Source: a virus (lineage: Duplodnaviria > Caudoviricetes). Taken from it: a DNA stretch of 53,645 nt. The stretch lies in the IMG/VR virus record IMGVR_UViG_3300025875_000034, positions 1 through 53,645 of that record; one strand, given 5' to 3'. Below are positions 26,899 to 37,945 of the stretch, in pieces. A program made the position numbers and the translations under genes. The notes beneath the pieces were generated by a model, which saw only the letters and a list, made by a program, of their open reading frames with translations, was not told where the DNA came from and ran no database searches. Every line of letters starts with the position of its first letter. The first letter of the stretch is position 1.

Positions 26899-27513
26899 TT
26901 AAAAAGTTTCTGAAAAAGTGATTTGAAAAGTTCCTGCTTCAACTACGTTTTTGGTTGGTCTGCTTACAATTCGCATTTCATATTCTTCCGGGTCTAAAGG
27001 TGAGTCAGTTGAAACCAACAATTTAATTGCGTCATCTACAACGCCAAAAAATGCGAGTGCAGGACCGCCGCCGCCTTGAAATGCTGATTCCATGTCAGTA
27101 AGCAAATTATATTGAATTGTCGAAACCGAACCGTCAGAATTTATGCGACTCGCAAGCGAACCTATTTTATCAGGCTCTAATTCAGAAACCGCAATTTCAG
27201 GACCGTTGCCCGGCCTGTTTGTGATTATTGAAACCCGCCCGGTTTGATAGTTTCCGGAATCCGCAATAAAGTCTTGGTAATTTATTTTTCTTGTCACTCT
27301 CGCAGCAATTGCGCTTGCGACAATTGGCAACTTGTCAATTGTTGTGCGAAACGTTTTGTTTGCCCCAACGCCGCCGTTCGGATTGTAAATAGGAACCAAC
27401 CAATTCCCGCCAATTGGCAAATTCGCCGGAACCGGGTCAAGCTGCGGAATCCTGCGGTTGCCTTTTTTATCTGTTCCGGGAAACAGAATTGAAATGCTGT
27501 CTATTCGTGTCAT
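26899..27513 (-). CDS. Tail-associated hypothetical protein (204 aa)
   Basis: Tail operon position. Confidence 0.65.
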   Translation of the reverse strand: MTRIDSISILFPGTDKKGNRRIPQLDPVPANLPIGGNWLVPIYNPNGGVGANKTFRTTIDKLPIVASAIAARVTRKINYQDFIADSGNYQTGRVSIITNRPGNGPEIAVSELEPDKIGSLASRINSDGSVSTIQYNLLTDMESAFQGGGGPALAFFGVVDDAIKLLVSTDSPLDPEEYEMRIVSRPTKNVVEAGTFQITFSETF

Positions 27514-27515
27514 TT

Positions 27516-29957
27516 TTAGTATTGTAAGAAGCCAGTATTCACAATGATAAAACCGCCTTCCTCAAGTAGCGGGTCCGCAAGTTCAGCATCATTCAATGAT
27601 GTAAACGGCGCAACTTGCTCTAAAACAACACTGCTTTTCGCAAGCGCATATTTCTTGCTATAATTCGGAACATCATAGTTTTCTTCCGAAATATATTCAA
27701 CGCCGTTGATTGTCAAAAAGTCGCAATCATTAAATATGACTGCAAGCTTTTCATGCAGATAAGGCGGCAACTCGAAGGTTTCAAACAAAACCTTTCTTGC
27801 CGGCCTTCCGACTGTTTTAATTAGTGAGTTGTTGGGCTGTCTTTGGTTTTTATGTTCGCCGCCCGGTTGCCGTTCAAAAAACTCACTTTCAACCCGGATG
27901 CCGCAAAGTATTCCGGTTGAAAAATCAATATCAAATGCGTTGTCAGAATTGCGGAATGTAATCAGGTTTGTACGTTCGTGCGAAACCCGCAAGGCAATAG
28001 GTTCTGACACAAATTCAACATCTGCAAACGTTGGGTTCGGGTCCGTTGCAGTCAGTATGACTTGGTAGGCAGTATCAGTCGGCAAATCCGCCAAAGGAAG
28101 CCGGAATTCATACACGTCATACAACTGCGCATCATAAGTTGAGGAAAGGTTGCAGTTCAAGCGGGCGTTGCCTGTGAACGCCTTGTTTATGACTAGAAAA
28201 GGAATCTGTTCAAATTCGTCAAGCTCAACTGACTCGATTGTGTAACGTCCGGACATTGGCCCGGCATTCAGAACTTCAATCAAGTCATCTTCAACAAAGT
28301 TGATAGGCAACTTTGCCTTGTTGAAATAGATGCGAGTTTTGCCAAGAACAAGAATGTTGTCAACTGTATGCGCGGCAAGCCAACCCATATATTGACGCTT
28401 TAACCCTCTGTTCTGCACTTTCTTGACAGGCGCAAATGATGACGCAAGCGAACCGTCAAACCAACTGACAACCTTCACCAAATGCTGCGTATAGTTGCTG
28501 CGGAATTGAGTTACTATATTATCAACCTGACAAACCTTTTGCGCATAACCCGGATTTGCGCGTTCTGAATTGCGGGTTTCGTTACAGAACAAAACATTGT
28601 CGAGAGTTTGCAGTATATCGGCCCCGTTCGGCTCAACTGGCGAAACAAGCCGCAAGCTGTTCATTAAAGGAACGGCGAAATACGGCTTTATCACTTCCGG
28701 CGCATACTCGCAAGAACCGTCATCTTCTGTTGCGTCCGGGTCATAGTTGGTTGCGGTTCTGTCTGTGCAGCCGGGAACGGGAACGTCTGTGATGAAAAAC
28801 ACATACTCAAGTTCCTGAACAATTCCCCCGTCATCAAGAATTGACCGGATATAAGCAGTGTATTCGCCCGCTGCTAGGTCTGTATAGGTATGGTCACGTT
28901 GATACGCAGGTTGGCCCGCAACGGGCTGCATATCTACGCGCTGAAAGTCTCCCAAATGAACCTGCACTGCAACGCCCGGACTCATTGCCGAAATCAGGTT
29001 TTGCGCTGCAACAACTAACCTTGCAGTTCCGCTTGCGGTTTTTGCCGGGTTTGCCTGCGTAACAAATGCGTCACGAACCGCAATAGGAACGTAGGTTGTG
29101 ACACTTGGAACGCCGCCAATTGAGGTATTCACAATCTGTTCACAAAGACCGTCATCTTGCACTGTAACCCGATAATTGCCGGGCGGAACGCCTTCAATTT
29201 CCTGCCTTCCGGGCGCAAGCCCGCCTTCATTGTAGAACGCAAGCTGCGTTGCCAGATTCAATACAATTACTCGAATAGGCGGGCGGCTTGTCGAAAGGTC
29301 AAACGCAATCGTTCCGGTTGGGTATAGCGCCGTTGGATTCGTGACAAGCAAGTTCGTCAGTTGGTTGTTACAGGCGGGCGGGTCATTCACAATGATTGTT
29401 TCTGTGAACAACCCCGAACCTTTATCTGTAACCCGCAAAATCATTGTTCCCGGATTCACAAACGAGAATTCAAGAGCGCCTTGCGCAATGAATTGGCCGA
29501 AATTGATTGCGGCAACGTCAACGCCTTGAAGATTGCGCATTACGGCTTTTACCTCGCCACCCGTTGCGCCTGAAACGTTGAAGCTGACAACCCCGTTCGC
29601 CCGTTGGTAATTGGGCTGCGAGACAACAATATTAGAAACCGCAAGCTGACTTGCGGGCGGCGCATTACACGCAACAACAACGCCTCTTTGCTGCGCTACT
29701 TGGCCCCGTTGGTCTTGCACCCGGACTGTATAAGTGCCGTTAGGAATGTCAGGACATTGAAAAAGCTGATTGTTGATTGTTGCGTGTTGGTAGCCCGCAC
29801 CATATACTGAACTCCCGTCAGCTTCATTGATTATGTTCAGACTCAACAAATAGCCGGGTCCGCTTATCGGAGCCTCACTTGTTGATGCAACTGCGTAAAT
29901 CATACCGTGAAAGGTAGGATTGCAGACAACTTGCACTTGCGAAAGATTAGCAGGCAT
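27516..29957 (-). CDS. Tail tip protein with N-terminal SprB-like repeats (813 aa)
   Basis: NGTYTVRVQD, PGNYRVTVQDDGLC, AGEYTAYIR repeats; GCTDRTATNYDPDATEDDGSCEY motif. Confidence 0.6.
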   Translation of the reverse strand: MPANLSQVQVVCNPTFHGMIYAVASTSEAPISGPGYLLSLNIINEADGSSVYGAGYQHATINNQLFQCPDIPNGTYTVRVQDQRGQVAQQRGVVVACNAPPASQLAVSNIVVSQPNYQRANGVVSFNVSGATGGEVKAVMRNLQGVDVAAINFGQFIAQGALEFSFVNPGTMILRVTDKGSGLFTETIIVNDPPACNNQLTNLLVTNPTALYPTGTIAFDLSTSRPPIRVIVLNLATQLAFYNEGGLAPGRQEIEGVPPGNYRVTVQDDGLCEQIVNTSIGGVPSVTTYVPIAVRDAFVTQANPAKTASGTARLVVAAQNLISAMSPGVAVQVHLGDFQRVDMQPVAGQPAYQRDHTYTDLAAGEYTAYIRSILDDGGIVQELEYVFFITDVPVPGCTDRTATNYDPDATEDDGSCEYAPEVIKPYFAVPLMNSLRLVSPVEPNGADILQTLDNVLFCNETRNSERANPGYAQKVCQVDNIVTQFRSNYTQHLVKVVSWFDGSLASSFAPVKKVQNRGLKRQYMGWLAAHTVDNILVLGKTRIYFNKAKLPINFVEDDLIEVLNAGPMSGRYTIESVELDEFEQIPFLVINKAFTGNARLNCNLSSTYDAQLYDVYEFRLPLADLPTDTAYQVILTATDPNPTFADVEFVSEPIALRVSHERTNLITFRNSDNAFDIDFSTGILCGIRVESEFFERQPGGEHKNQRQPNNSLIKTVGRPARKVLFETFELPPYLHEKLAVIFNDCDFLTINGVEYISEENYDVPNYSKKYALAKSSVVLEQVAPFTSLNDAELADPLLEEGGFIIVNTGFLQY

Positions 29958-29960
29958 ATT

Positions 29961-32093
29961 TTAGTAGTTAGAACGCAGGAGCTTTATTGTTGCATCTTGG
30001 TCATACGGCTTATACTCGACACTGACAATAAAGCCGCTGCAAATTGTGCCTTTCTGATTTATAAAGGTAATAATTCCGTAAGGGTTTGCCTGTAATAATT
30101 TCCACTGAAAAGCCGCAAGCGTAGTATCAAATTCATAATACTCCGCAGTAAATATTGGCGGCTCCAAATCTGAAATCAGAATGCTTTCATCTTCTGCGGT
30201 TTCAACGGTTTCGCTTGCGAACTTTGATGCAAACGTATAGTTCGCTTGCCCTTCCTGAAATTTAAAGTATTCGTCTGTGTGATGCTTCAAGCCCGCCCGC
30301 AAGAAATAACCCCAACGTTTCAGATTGCGAGTTGGGGAAATAGCAATGTTGTATGCAGTTCCGGGAGAAATAATATTGCGGGTTTCAATTCCTTCATTTC
30401 GCTGCGGCTTGTATCCGCCGCCTTGCCGCAGCAAGCAAATAATGAAGTTGTCTTTGTCGGCTGAATCTTCCTTTGTTGATGTGTCTTTGTATTCCAACCG
30501 TCTCGACTGTTCTATTGAATAGCCGGAACCTGTGAATTCGGAGGTTCTTGCGAATTTATTTTTTGAAGAAATGGTTGGAAGAACCCTTGTGTTTTTCGTG
30601 TTGAATTCATCAAGGCTGTTATCTTCATTGGTTTGCCATTTCTTAAAACCAAATTCAACTTGCGTGTAATTATATTCTATTGCAGGAGAAATACGCAGGT
30701 TGCGCACTTCACCTAATTCAAGAATTATTTCATTGCGGTAAAAGTGCGACTTCTTTTCAACTCGCAAGTATTCTTCACCGTCATCTGTAAATTCAGAGCC
30801 AATACCTATGTTGTCATAAGTGTCAAGGCTTTCAAACGCCTTTTTGAAGCTTCCGAAAATCGGGCGTTCCGCAATTGGAAATTGCCGGATTTGTGCGCCG
30901 TTTGTGATGCAGCGCAATGCGCCTTCACCGTCCGCTGCATACGAAACCGGCTGCGAGTCAGTGCGCCCGTAAAGCTCCGAATACAACGGAACCGGCTTAC
31001 CTGTTAAGCTCTGACAGATGCGCGAAAGGTATTCATGCGCAAGCATTACTCTTGCGGGTGTTGAATTGGTTGTTGTCTCTGCAAACACATTTATTGAGCA
31101 AGACGGGTCCGCATCAACTCTCCATTCAAACTCATAATTCCCGAACACGTTTCCGCTTACGTCACTGATTTCAACTGTGCCGTAGAAATAAAGCTTGTCT
31201 CCAATATTGACGTTGTAATTGCGAGTTCCGCTGCACTGTATTCTGCGGCTGAATGTTCCGTTGACCCTTCCGCCCGGATTGCTGTCATACGCAAAAATCC
31301 GTTCGTCTTGCCCGTTGATGCCAATGTAAAAGCTTAAATAAGCCTTGTCAAAGTCTCCAACATGACGCAAGCATTGAACCAATACATCAACGTTGTAAGT
31401 AACAGTAATTGGCCCGCGTTCAACGAACTCGATTGTTTCAATTCTGTCATCATTAATCAACAATCCGGTTGCGTAAGTGTACGCATTCAGTTCATTAATT
31501 ATAACGTCATCAAATCCAATATACAGGGTTGCTTTTTTCTCCGAATTATTTGACAGCGGACGAAATTGAAATATTGGCTGCGTTGCCGTTGGCTTTGCTC
31601 TGTACTTCTTGATAATTGCTTTTGAGTGAAGTTGTATTTCCTGTAATTCATTATCAAATTCCTGAATCACTTCACCCTGCAAACTTTCGAGACTCTGCAA
31701 ATTAACTTCAACGTCATCAAGGTTTATGATATTTCGCATAAACCCTGACTCTGTTGCCGCAATCTTTATCTTGTATTCGCCTGCGTCCTGAACTTCTAAA
31801 TATTTAGAAAAGTTGAATTTTCCTGCATAAATAATTGTATCGTATGAATTTGTTTCGGGCGTAAAAGAATAAACGATTAAATGCGCAACAGCTTCAACCC
31901 CGTATGACTCATAAATACTTTTTAGAAAAAAATACCCATCAAACGAAAATGTAAATTCGTTTGTATAGCTATTCCCTACGCCGTGATATATTTTGTCTCT
32001 TTCGAGTGTTAGTATTATTTCTTGCCATTCAGGCGGCGCAACCTTTAAGATTGCGGAACCTAATACTTGATGTGCAACAGCGAATTTGAACAT
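29961..32093 (-). CDS. Tail hub / distal tail protein (710 aa)
   Basis: Directly after tape measure, beta-rich. Confidence 0.65.
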   Translation of the reverse strand: MFKFAVAHQVLGSAILKVAPPEWQEIILTLERDKIYHGVGNSYTNEFTFSFDGYFFLKSIYESYGVEAVAHLIVYSFTPETNSYDTIIYAGKFNFSKYLEVQDAGEYKIKIAATESGFMRNIINLDDVEVNLQSLESLQGEVIQEFDNELQEIQLHSKAIIKKYRAKPTATQPIFQFRPLSNNSEKKATLYIGFDDVIINELNAYTYATGLLINDDRIETIEFVERGPITVTYNVDVLVQCLRHVGDFDKAYLSFYIGINGQDERIFAYDSNPGGRVNGTFSRRIQCSGTRNYNVNIGDKLYFYGTVEISDVSGNVFGNYEFEWRVDADPSCSINVFAETTTNSTPARVMLAHEYLSRICQSLTGKPVPLYSELYGRTDSQPVSYAADGEGALRCITNGAQIRQFPIAERPIFGSFKKAFESLDTYDNIGIGSEFTDDGEEYLRVEKKSHFYRNEIILELGEVRNLRISPAIEYNYTQVEFGFKKWQTNEDNSLDEFNTKNTRVLPTISSKNKFARTSEFTGSGYSIEQSRRLEYKDTSTKEDSADKDNFIICLLRQGGGYKPQRNEGIETRNIISPGTAYNIAISPTRNLKRWGYFLRAGLKHHTDEYFKFQEGQANYTFASKFASETVETAEDESILISDLEPPIFTAEYYEFDTTLAAFQWKLLQANPYGIITFINQKGTICSGFIVSVEYKPYDQDATIKLLRSNY

Positions 32094-32094
32094 A

Positions 32095-35000
32095 TTAACG
32101 GCGCGTGAAATACTTTTTCAATTCTTGATTGCGGCTTTCTTGCCCGCCCGAAATTCTTGCGGTGAATTCTTTCTTCTTTATGATTTGCCCTAAGTTCTCG
32201 AATTCCGGCCCCAAATAAGAAGCCATTGCAGCCGCAATGCCTTTCGAGTTGATTTGCGCTTGCGTCTCGACAATCATCCGTTCGCCTCTCTGATAGCTTT
32301 CCGCCAATGAACGAGTTGTGCTGCTTGCCTCGAATTGCTTGACTTTTCGCTTGGTTTCCTCTGCGGTATAGACCTTTGAGCCTCTTTGCAGGTAAACAAC
32401 TGACGGGCGTTCAACAATGCTAACACGCCCGTTCTTTTCAATCATTTCCGGGCCGCGCTCCGCAACCTGTGCCAAGCCTTCCGGCGAACTTTCAGTTCCT
32501 TTGAAAAATTGCGGCAACGGCTTTGCCAGCACAAGCCCGGCTTGAATCAGACCGTTTGCGAGTGCGAAAGCAGACCAAGGCAAGCCGAACGTCAAAGGAC
32601 TTTCAGCAACAGCTTTTGAAACCGCAATGCCTGTGTTTATGGCTATTTCAAACAGCGCTGCGGCCCGTTGCTGAATTGCCTGTTTGCGCCGCAGCTTAGC
32701 TTGACGGGCTTCAAAGTCGGCTTCAATCTTTGACCGTGCCTTGTCGTTGTCTCCTACAACCGCAAGTTCGCTTTCTTTCTGCCTTGTGAGTGCGTCAAGT
32801 TCGTTTTGCGTTCGTTGGGCCGCAATATCAAATAAACCTGCGCCAACTTGCCCGGCTAAATCAAGCCCGGCTTCAAGTATTTCTTGCCGTTTCTGCGCTG
32901 CGTTTTTATCTGATTCAATCTTTTCGTCATTTATCTTTTTGTAATACGCAAGTTCTTCATCAAGACCTTGCTTCAAAGTATCCTTGTCAAGTTTCAGGTT
33001 CTCGAAACGTTGTTTCAAATACTTGTTTTCAACGTCCCTCTTGCCTTGTTCATATTGCTCTTGGTCGAATATTCCAAGCGCTAAGAAGTCCGCCCGCTGC
33101 GACTCTAAACCCATATCTTGCCCGCGCTTTTCTTGCCCTAACGCATCATTTGCTTGTGTGGCATCAAATGATTTTGTCCGCAATTCAATCTGCGCCAATT
33201 CTTCCGAAAGCTTATCATACGCAAGCTTTATTTTCTCTGTGCTTCCTTGTGCGCCGCGAACCTCTGCATCATACGCCAAAGACGCAAGCAGTACTTGATT
33301 CTTTGCAAGTTGCTCTGCGGCTTGCCGCCTATCAGAATAATTAATTAACTCGTTTTCATATATGCGCTGCAACGCATTGTTTTCTGTTTCGAGTCGGAAT
33401 TTATCAACTTCCGCAAGTGCGTTTGCGGTTTGGTTGTGAATTTCAAGTTCCTCTTTTGATAAGTCCCTTTCAATTTCTTTGATACGCGCTGCGTATTGCT
33501 CCGAAATTAATTGCCGATTAACAGCAAGTATGCTGTCTCCATTAATTAAATCTTTCGCATTCTCCTGCGCTCTGCGGATATTTTCATTCTGTTCTAAATC
33601 CGCAATCAGTCTGCGTTGGTCTGCGGCTTTCTGCGCAGCCTGCGTTCTAAATTCTTCATCATTGGCAACGTTGCCCGCCTGACGTTCAAAGGTTTTTTCT
33701 TTGTTTTCGGCCCGGAATTTATTCAACTCGAATTGCGACTGCGCAAGTTCTGATTGCGACTTTGCAAGTTCTTTTGCTGCGGCTGCGGCTTCCTTCGCGG
33801 CTTTGGCTTGCTCCTTTAATGTATTAGCGTCATCAAGGTTTGCTTCAACGTTGTCTTTGGTTGATTCAACTAACAGTTCGTTAACTCGATTTTGGTCAAA
33901 GCCAGCAATTGAAAGATTTTCAAGAATTCGCTTGCGGGTTGCTTCTGCCTCGCCTGCTTTCTTGTTGGCCGCAGCTATTTTTGACAGCGCATCATTCCGC
34001 GCATCAACCAAATTGCGACTTCCTGACAGCGCATCAAGTTGCGTATCAGAAACCTTTGGATTGCGTGTTGCAATTCGCCCGCCTACAATTCTATTTTGTG
34101 AACCGCCGTTGTCCGCAATGGCTTTCCGCAGCTTCAATTCGTTCTCAAGCTGTTTCAGGTTCGCAGGGTCAATGCCTTTTGCTTTCAACAAGCGCTCCTG
34201 CGCCGCAAGTTGGTCTTTTAGTGCAGTTTCAAGCGCTCTGCTTGAATCAATTTCCGTTGTAAGGCTCTGCACCCGCTTTGCAAGCGTTCGTGCGCTCTGT
34301 TGCGCGTCTGCGCGTTTTTTAGATATGTTCTTTTCAATGCTTGCGGTGTTTACGTCATACTGCTTTGTTTCAGCATTCAACGTCACTGCACTTTCACCAA
34401 CCTTCAACCGCAATTCAGCTATTGCCTCTTGCAACTTGGCTTGCTCCGCAGCGGTTGGCTTTGCAATGTCTCGCAAGCGAACATACTTGGCATAAAGCCT
34501 TTCTGTTTCCTGTGCAGCATACTTCATTGACAGAGCCGTTGAAGCTATGCTTTCGCCGTAATCATCAACGGGTTTTTTATCCGCAATCTTGGTATCAACG
34601 CCTAGCAACTCACCATACAGGAGCCGCCGACCTTCAATCAACTCCCTTGTTCCGTCAATGATGCGCTTGAAGAAATTGCCGGTTGCGCCGCCCGTCAAAG
34701 CATTCGAGACAGAGTTTTTCAACTTGTCCCAACTTGCACCAAGCGTATTATTTTTTAGCTCCGCTTCCGCTGCAAGGCTTGTTCCCTCTCGCAACTGCTT
34801 ATTCGCAATTTCCTGACTCTGCGCAACAAGCTGCGTATTCTTCGCAAGTGCTGTCAGTGCGTTTACTGCGCCGCCTGATTTCAGCCCCAATGATTGCACC
34901 AATACGGCGAAATCTGTTGTTGCTGCGCCGCCGTTGTTCAACCCTGTTAAAAAGAGCTTGAGCGCCTTGCTTACATCGTTGTTAATCAGACCTTTGAATT

Positions 35001-36651
35001 CCTTCAAGGTTAGGTTCGCATCTGCGAGTTTCGCAATTGCGAAGAACTTACTTGAGTTTCCCGCAAGCCCGCCAAGCAAGCGGTTCGTTGCCGTGCCTGC
35101 TACTTCTGCGGAAAATCCTAGTTCCTCGAATGCTGCGCCAAGACCAAGAACCTTGTCAAGTCCTAATCCTGCATTGCTTGCCGCTTGCCCTACGCGCTGC
35201 GCGAAATCCGTAATAAACGGCGCTGTTGCTACTCCTGCGGCCCCTAACTCGTTAACAGCGGAGCCAATGTTTAGAATTGATTGTTCAATTCCTATTTCTT
35301 TTGAGTTTTTGAAGATAGCATTGATTTTTCCTATTTCGGTTGCAATCTGCTCTGCGCCGCCCGAAAAGTCATCTGAAAGCGCTACACTCGCAACGTCCAA
35401 AGCGCGGGTGAATCCCTCAATATCTTCTTTCGCAATACCCAATTGACCGCCAACCCGCGCAAGGTCAACAAGTGCTTTGAAGTCTGTTCTTGTGTCGAGC
35501 TTTTTTAAATTATCCGCAAGATTTTCAATTTCATCTGCGGTGAACCCGGTTGTTTTCCGAACGCTTGCGAGTTGGTCTGAATATTCTGCATTCGCCGTGA
35601 ATACCTTGCTAAAACCGGCAACCAATGCAGCTATTCCAAAAGTCGCAATTGCCATTGTTGCGGCAAATGATTTCAGGGAATTGCCAGCTTGCGCGAAACT
35701 TGCCTTTACTTGTTGGCCCGTTGTGGCTGCGCCTTGCCCGTATTTCGCAAGTGAAGTGTTGACTTCTGATAGTTTGCTGCGCGTCTCTGTCAACTCTGCC
35801 TGCAATTTATCCTGCAAGGCAATGTCTCCTTTGACCGCTGCTTGTTGGCGCTTCAATGCCGCCTCTTGCTGCACAAGCGCGGCTTTCTGACTGTTCAGCG
35901 CATTAACAGCTTGAATGATGCTGTCAGCATAGTTGCCAACGTTCCGGAAGTGTTGATTCAACTGCGCATCATAGCTTTTCAACTGCGCCGTATTGGCGGC
36001 AATGCGCTTTTTTAGCTCTGTTTCGCGGGCAATGCTTTCTTGCGTTCGTTGGCCGTTTTCAAGCTGCGTTCCCGCAAGGTTTTTCAACTCAAGCGAAAGT
36101 TTGCGGTTTTCAGTTGTCAGTGCGTTGTATGAACCTTTGGCTGCGGTGAAAATGCTGTTTACGCCTCTTGTTGCGTTTTCTAGCTGTTCGGCGCGAATGC
36201 GTGTTTCGTTTATCTGAACCGCAAGCGCTCTAAGCTTTGCCGGGTCTGCGGATTCGCTTAATGCCGTAAATTCCGCCCGCTGTTCTTTGAGCTTCTGACG
36301 CAAGCTGTTCAATGAACCCTCAACAGATTTGTTGCTAGCTTCAACGCCTTTTTGCGCAGTCCGCAAGCCGCGAAATGATGCCGCCTGTTTATCAACGTCA
36401 GAAGCTACTTTCTTAGCTGCGCTTTGCCCGGCTTCCGTTGCAGTGTTGATGCCGCGAATTACTTTTTCGTATGCCTGAAACTCCTGCACTGCCTTTCTTT
36501 GAGCAATGCCAATTCTTGCGGCTTCCTGTATTAAGTTTTTGGAAAGTTGCGAATACTGTTTTTCAAAAGCATCTATTGCAACCCGGCCTTTTTCAAGCTC
36601 CGATTCGTCAGAGAAATCAAAAATATCGGAGTACAGGAGTTTATCAGACAT
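32095..36651 (-). CDS. Tail tape measure protein, TP901-like core (1518 aa)
   Basis: Long Ala/Lys/Gln-rich helical protein; SVRKTTG...GGQLGI core; C-terminal FFKGT...VAERGPE. Confidence 0.93.
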   Translation of the reverse strand: MSDKLLYSDIFDFSDESELEKGRVAIDAFEKQYSQLSKNLIQEAARIGIAQRKAVQEFQAYEKVIRGINTATEAGQSAAKKVASDVDKQAASFRGLRTAQKGVEASNKSVEGSLNSLRQKLKEQRAEFTALSESADPAKLRALAVQINETRIRAEQLENATRGVNSIFTAAKGSYNALTTENRKLSLELKNLAGTQLENGQRTQESIARETELKKRIAANTAQLKSYDAQLNQHFRNVGNYADSIIQAVNALNSQKAALVQQEAALKRQQAAVKGDIALQDKLQAELTETRSKLSEVNTSLAKYGQGAATTGQQVKASFAQAGNSLKSFAATMAIATFGIAALVAGFSKVFTANAEYSDQLASVRKTTGFTADEIENLADNLKKLDTRTDFKALVDLARVGGQLGIAKEDIEGFTRALDVASVALSDDFSGGAEQIATEIGKINAIFKNSKEIGIEQSILNIGSAVNELGAAGVATAPFITDFAQRVGQAASNAGLGLDKVLGLGAAFEELGFSAEVAGTATNRLLGGLAGNSSKFFAIAKLADANLTLKEFKGLINNDVSKALKLFLTGLNNGGAATTDFAVLVQSLGLKSGGAVNALTALAKNTQLVAQSQEIANKQLREGTSLAAEAELKNNTLGASWDKLKNSVSNALTGGATGNFFKRIIDGTRELIEGRRLLYGELLGVDTKIADKKPVDDYGESIASTALSMKYAAQETERLYAKYVRLRDIAKPTAAEQAKLQEAIAELRLKVGESAVTLNAETKQYDVNTASIEKNISKKRADAQQSARTLAKRVQSLTTEIDSSRALETALKDQLAAQERLLKAKGIDPANLKQLENELKLRKAIADNGGSQNRIVGGRIATRNPKVSDTQLDALSGSRNLVDARNDALSKIAAANKKAGEAEATRKRILENLSIAGFDQNRVNELLVESTKDNVEANLDDANTLKEQAKAAKEAAAAAKELAKSQSELAQSQFELNKFRAENKEKTFERQAGNVANDEEFRTQAAQKAADQRRLIADLEQNENIRRAQENAKDLINGDSILAVNRQLISEQYAARIKEIERDLSKEELEIHNQTANALAEVDKFRLETENNALQRIYENELINYSDRRQAAEQLAKNQVLLASLAYDAEVRGAQGSTEKIKLAYDKLSEELAQIELRTKSFDATQANDALGQEKRGQDMGLESQRADFLALGIFDQEQYEQGKRDVENKYLKQRFENLKLDKDTLKQGLDEELAYYKKINDEKIESDKNAAQKRQEILEAGLDLAGQVGAGLFDIAAQRTQNELDALTRQKESELAVVGDNDKARSKIEADFEARQAKLRRKQAIQQRAAALFEIAINTGIAVSKAVAESPLTFGLPWSAFALANGLIQAGLVLAKPLPQFFKGTESSPEGLAQVAERGPEMIEKNGRVSIVERPSVVYLQRGSKVYTAEETKRKVKQFEASSTTRSLAESYQRGERMIVETQAQINSKGIAAAMASYLGPEFENLGQIIKKKEFTARISGGQESRNQELKKYFTRR

Positions 36652-36658
36652 TGCGAAA

Positions 36659-37120
36659 TTATTTCTTGATTTTACTTATAAGTTTAGCGCCAACGTAAAC
36701 GCCTGCGGTAAATCCAACCGGACCCCAAACAATAGGCTTTTCAAACCATTTGGGCCGCTGCTTGACTATTTCTTTTTGCACGTCAACAAATGCTGTTGCG
36801 GCTGTTTCCTTTGCTTCCTGACAGCTTTTTAATTGCTGAATCCGGGTTGCAATGTCAACACTATCTTCCTTGATGCGCTTGTTCTTCAACAAGATTGTAT
36901 TGCGGTTTTGCTGAATTTCTTCCTGCTTTCCCGCTGCAAGGTTTTTCAGTGTTTTGATTTGTGCTGACTCTGCTTTGTATGTGTCAACATCAATCAGCAT
37001 TCCCATATAGGGCGCTTTGTCTCCTTTCGCAAGTCGAGTGTATTGCGCTTGAGCGCTAAAAATCGGGCCGAATGCCAAGCCGACGATTAAGAGAATCAAC
37101 CTGTTTTTCAAGTGCTTCAT
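36659..37120 (-). CDS. Spanin-like lysis protein with signal peptide and C-terminal hydrophobic anchor (153 aa)
   Basis: MKHLKNRLILLIVGLAFGPIFSAQA signal, coiled coil, VWGPVGFTAGVYVGA tail; overlaps upstream gene. Confidence 0.5.
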   Translation of the reverse strand: MKHLKNRLILLIVGLAFGPIFSAQAQYTRLAKGDKAPYMGMLIDVDTYKAESAQIKTLKNLAAGKQEEIQQNRNTILLKNKRIKEDSVDIATRIQQLKSCQEAKETAATAFVDVQKEIVKQRPKWFEKPIVWGPVGFTAGVYVGAKLISKIKK

Positions 37121-37385
37121 TGTTCTTGCGGGTTTTATATGTTTCGTATGCCTGTTTCTGAATTGCGGCATCAATTGCTTTTCGCCTCTCTGCGAGTCCT
37201 ACAAGCTCCGCAGACAAGAGCGCCTGAACTGCGGAGTCTTTTGCAAGCGCGGTGTTCACCTTGCCCGCCAATTGCGCAACAATCACATCTGATTTGTTGC
37301 GCCTGTTAGCTTGGTATATGTTGGCCGCAACTAACAGCAAAACGGCAACCAAAGCCGCAAGCAACATCTTATTTGAATTCGTCAT
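37056..37385 (-). CDS. Inner-membrane spanin-like protein (109 aa)
   Basis: N-terminal TM then coiled coil, directly after endolysin. Confidence 0.55.
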   Translation of the reverse strand: MTNSNKMLLAALVAVLLLVAANIYQANRRNKSDVIVAQLAGKVNTALAKDSAVQALLSAELVGLAERRKAIDAAIQKQAYETYKTRKNNEALEKQVDSLNRRLGIRPDF

Positions 37386-37945
37386 ATTCCAATGAAATTA
37401 GCCGCAGCATAAACACTGCGTTTTGTTCTCCGCTTCCTATAAACCCCGTCTCCATTCCGCCCACCATCTTCTGCGGTGTTCCCCTCGATTGTCAGCAAGC
37501 CATTTGAACCGTCCTGACGTTCAACAATGGCAATGTGACCTATGCGCCCTAGATTGTTATAGTAGAAGCCTACAACGTCTCCTGTTTGCGAGAAATCAAG
37601 GCTTCCTGACTTGCCCCGTACAAAGTAGGTTTTGTTTGTTGCGAAGAACGAACGTGCGGCCCCGTTTTGAGCGCCTGACGTTTTTATTCCGCAAGTATTA
37701 TAAACCCATTTGACGAAAGCTGCGCACCAATAATACCCGCCCGGCAAGCCTACGGTCTTTAGATACTTGTTGACTTCTTTGCCGCCGTTTGCATATTCTT
37801 CTTTTACTCCGATTTGAGAAATCGCGGTATTTAAAACGCATTTCCTCTGCGGACTTATGCCACCATAACACCCGCCAACAGACAGACCGCAGCAAATGAC
37901 AAGTGTGATAAGAGTATTAAAAACGAAATTATAATTCTTTGCCAT
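37382..37945 (-). CDS. CHAP-domain endolysin with N-terminal hydrophobic/signal segment (187 aa)
   Basis: YYWCAAFVKW, GHIAIV, TIEGNT. Confidence 0.88.
   Translation of the reverse strand: MAKNYNFVFNTLITLVICCGLSVGGCYGGISPQRKCVLNTAISQIGVKEEYANGGKEVNKYLKTVGLPGGYYWCAAFVKWVYNTCGIKTSGAQNGAARSFFATNKTYFVRGKSGSLDFSQTGDVVGFYYNNLGRIGHIAIVERQDGSNGLLTIEGNTAEDGGRNGDGVYRKRRTKRSVYAAANFIGI

Noticed and set aside
33701-34495. Long plus-strand ORFs (also 19251-20078, 32790-33344, 25967-26275 and others)
   Set aside because: Antisense shadows of Ala/Lys/Glu-rich minus-strand genes, with Ser/Phe/Ala-biased translations and no promoter or start motif
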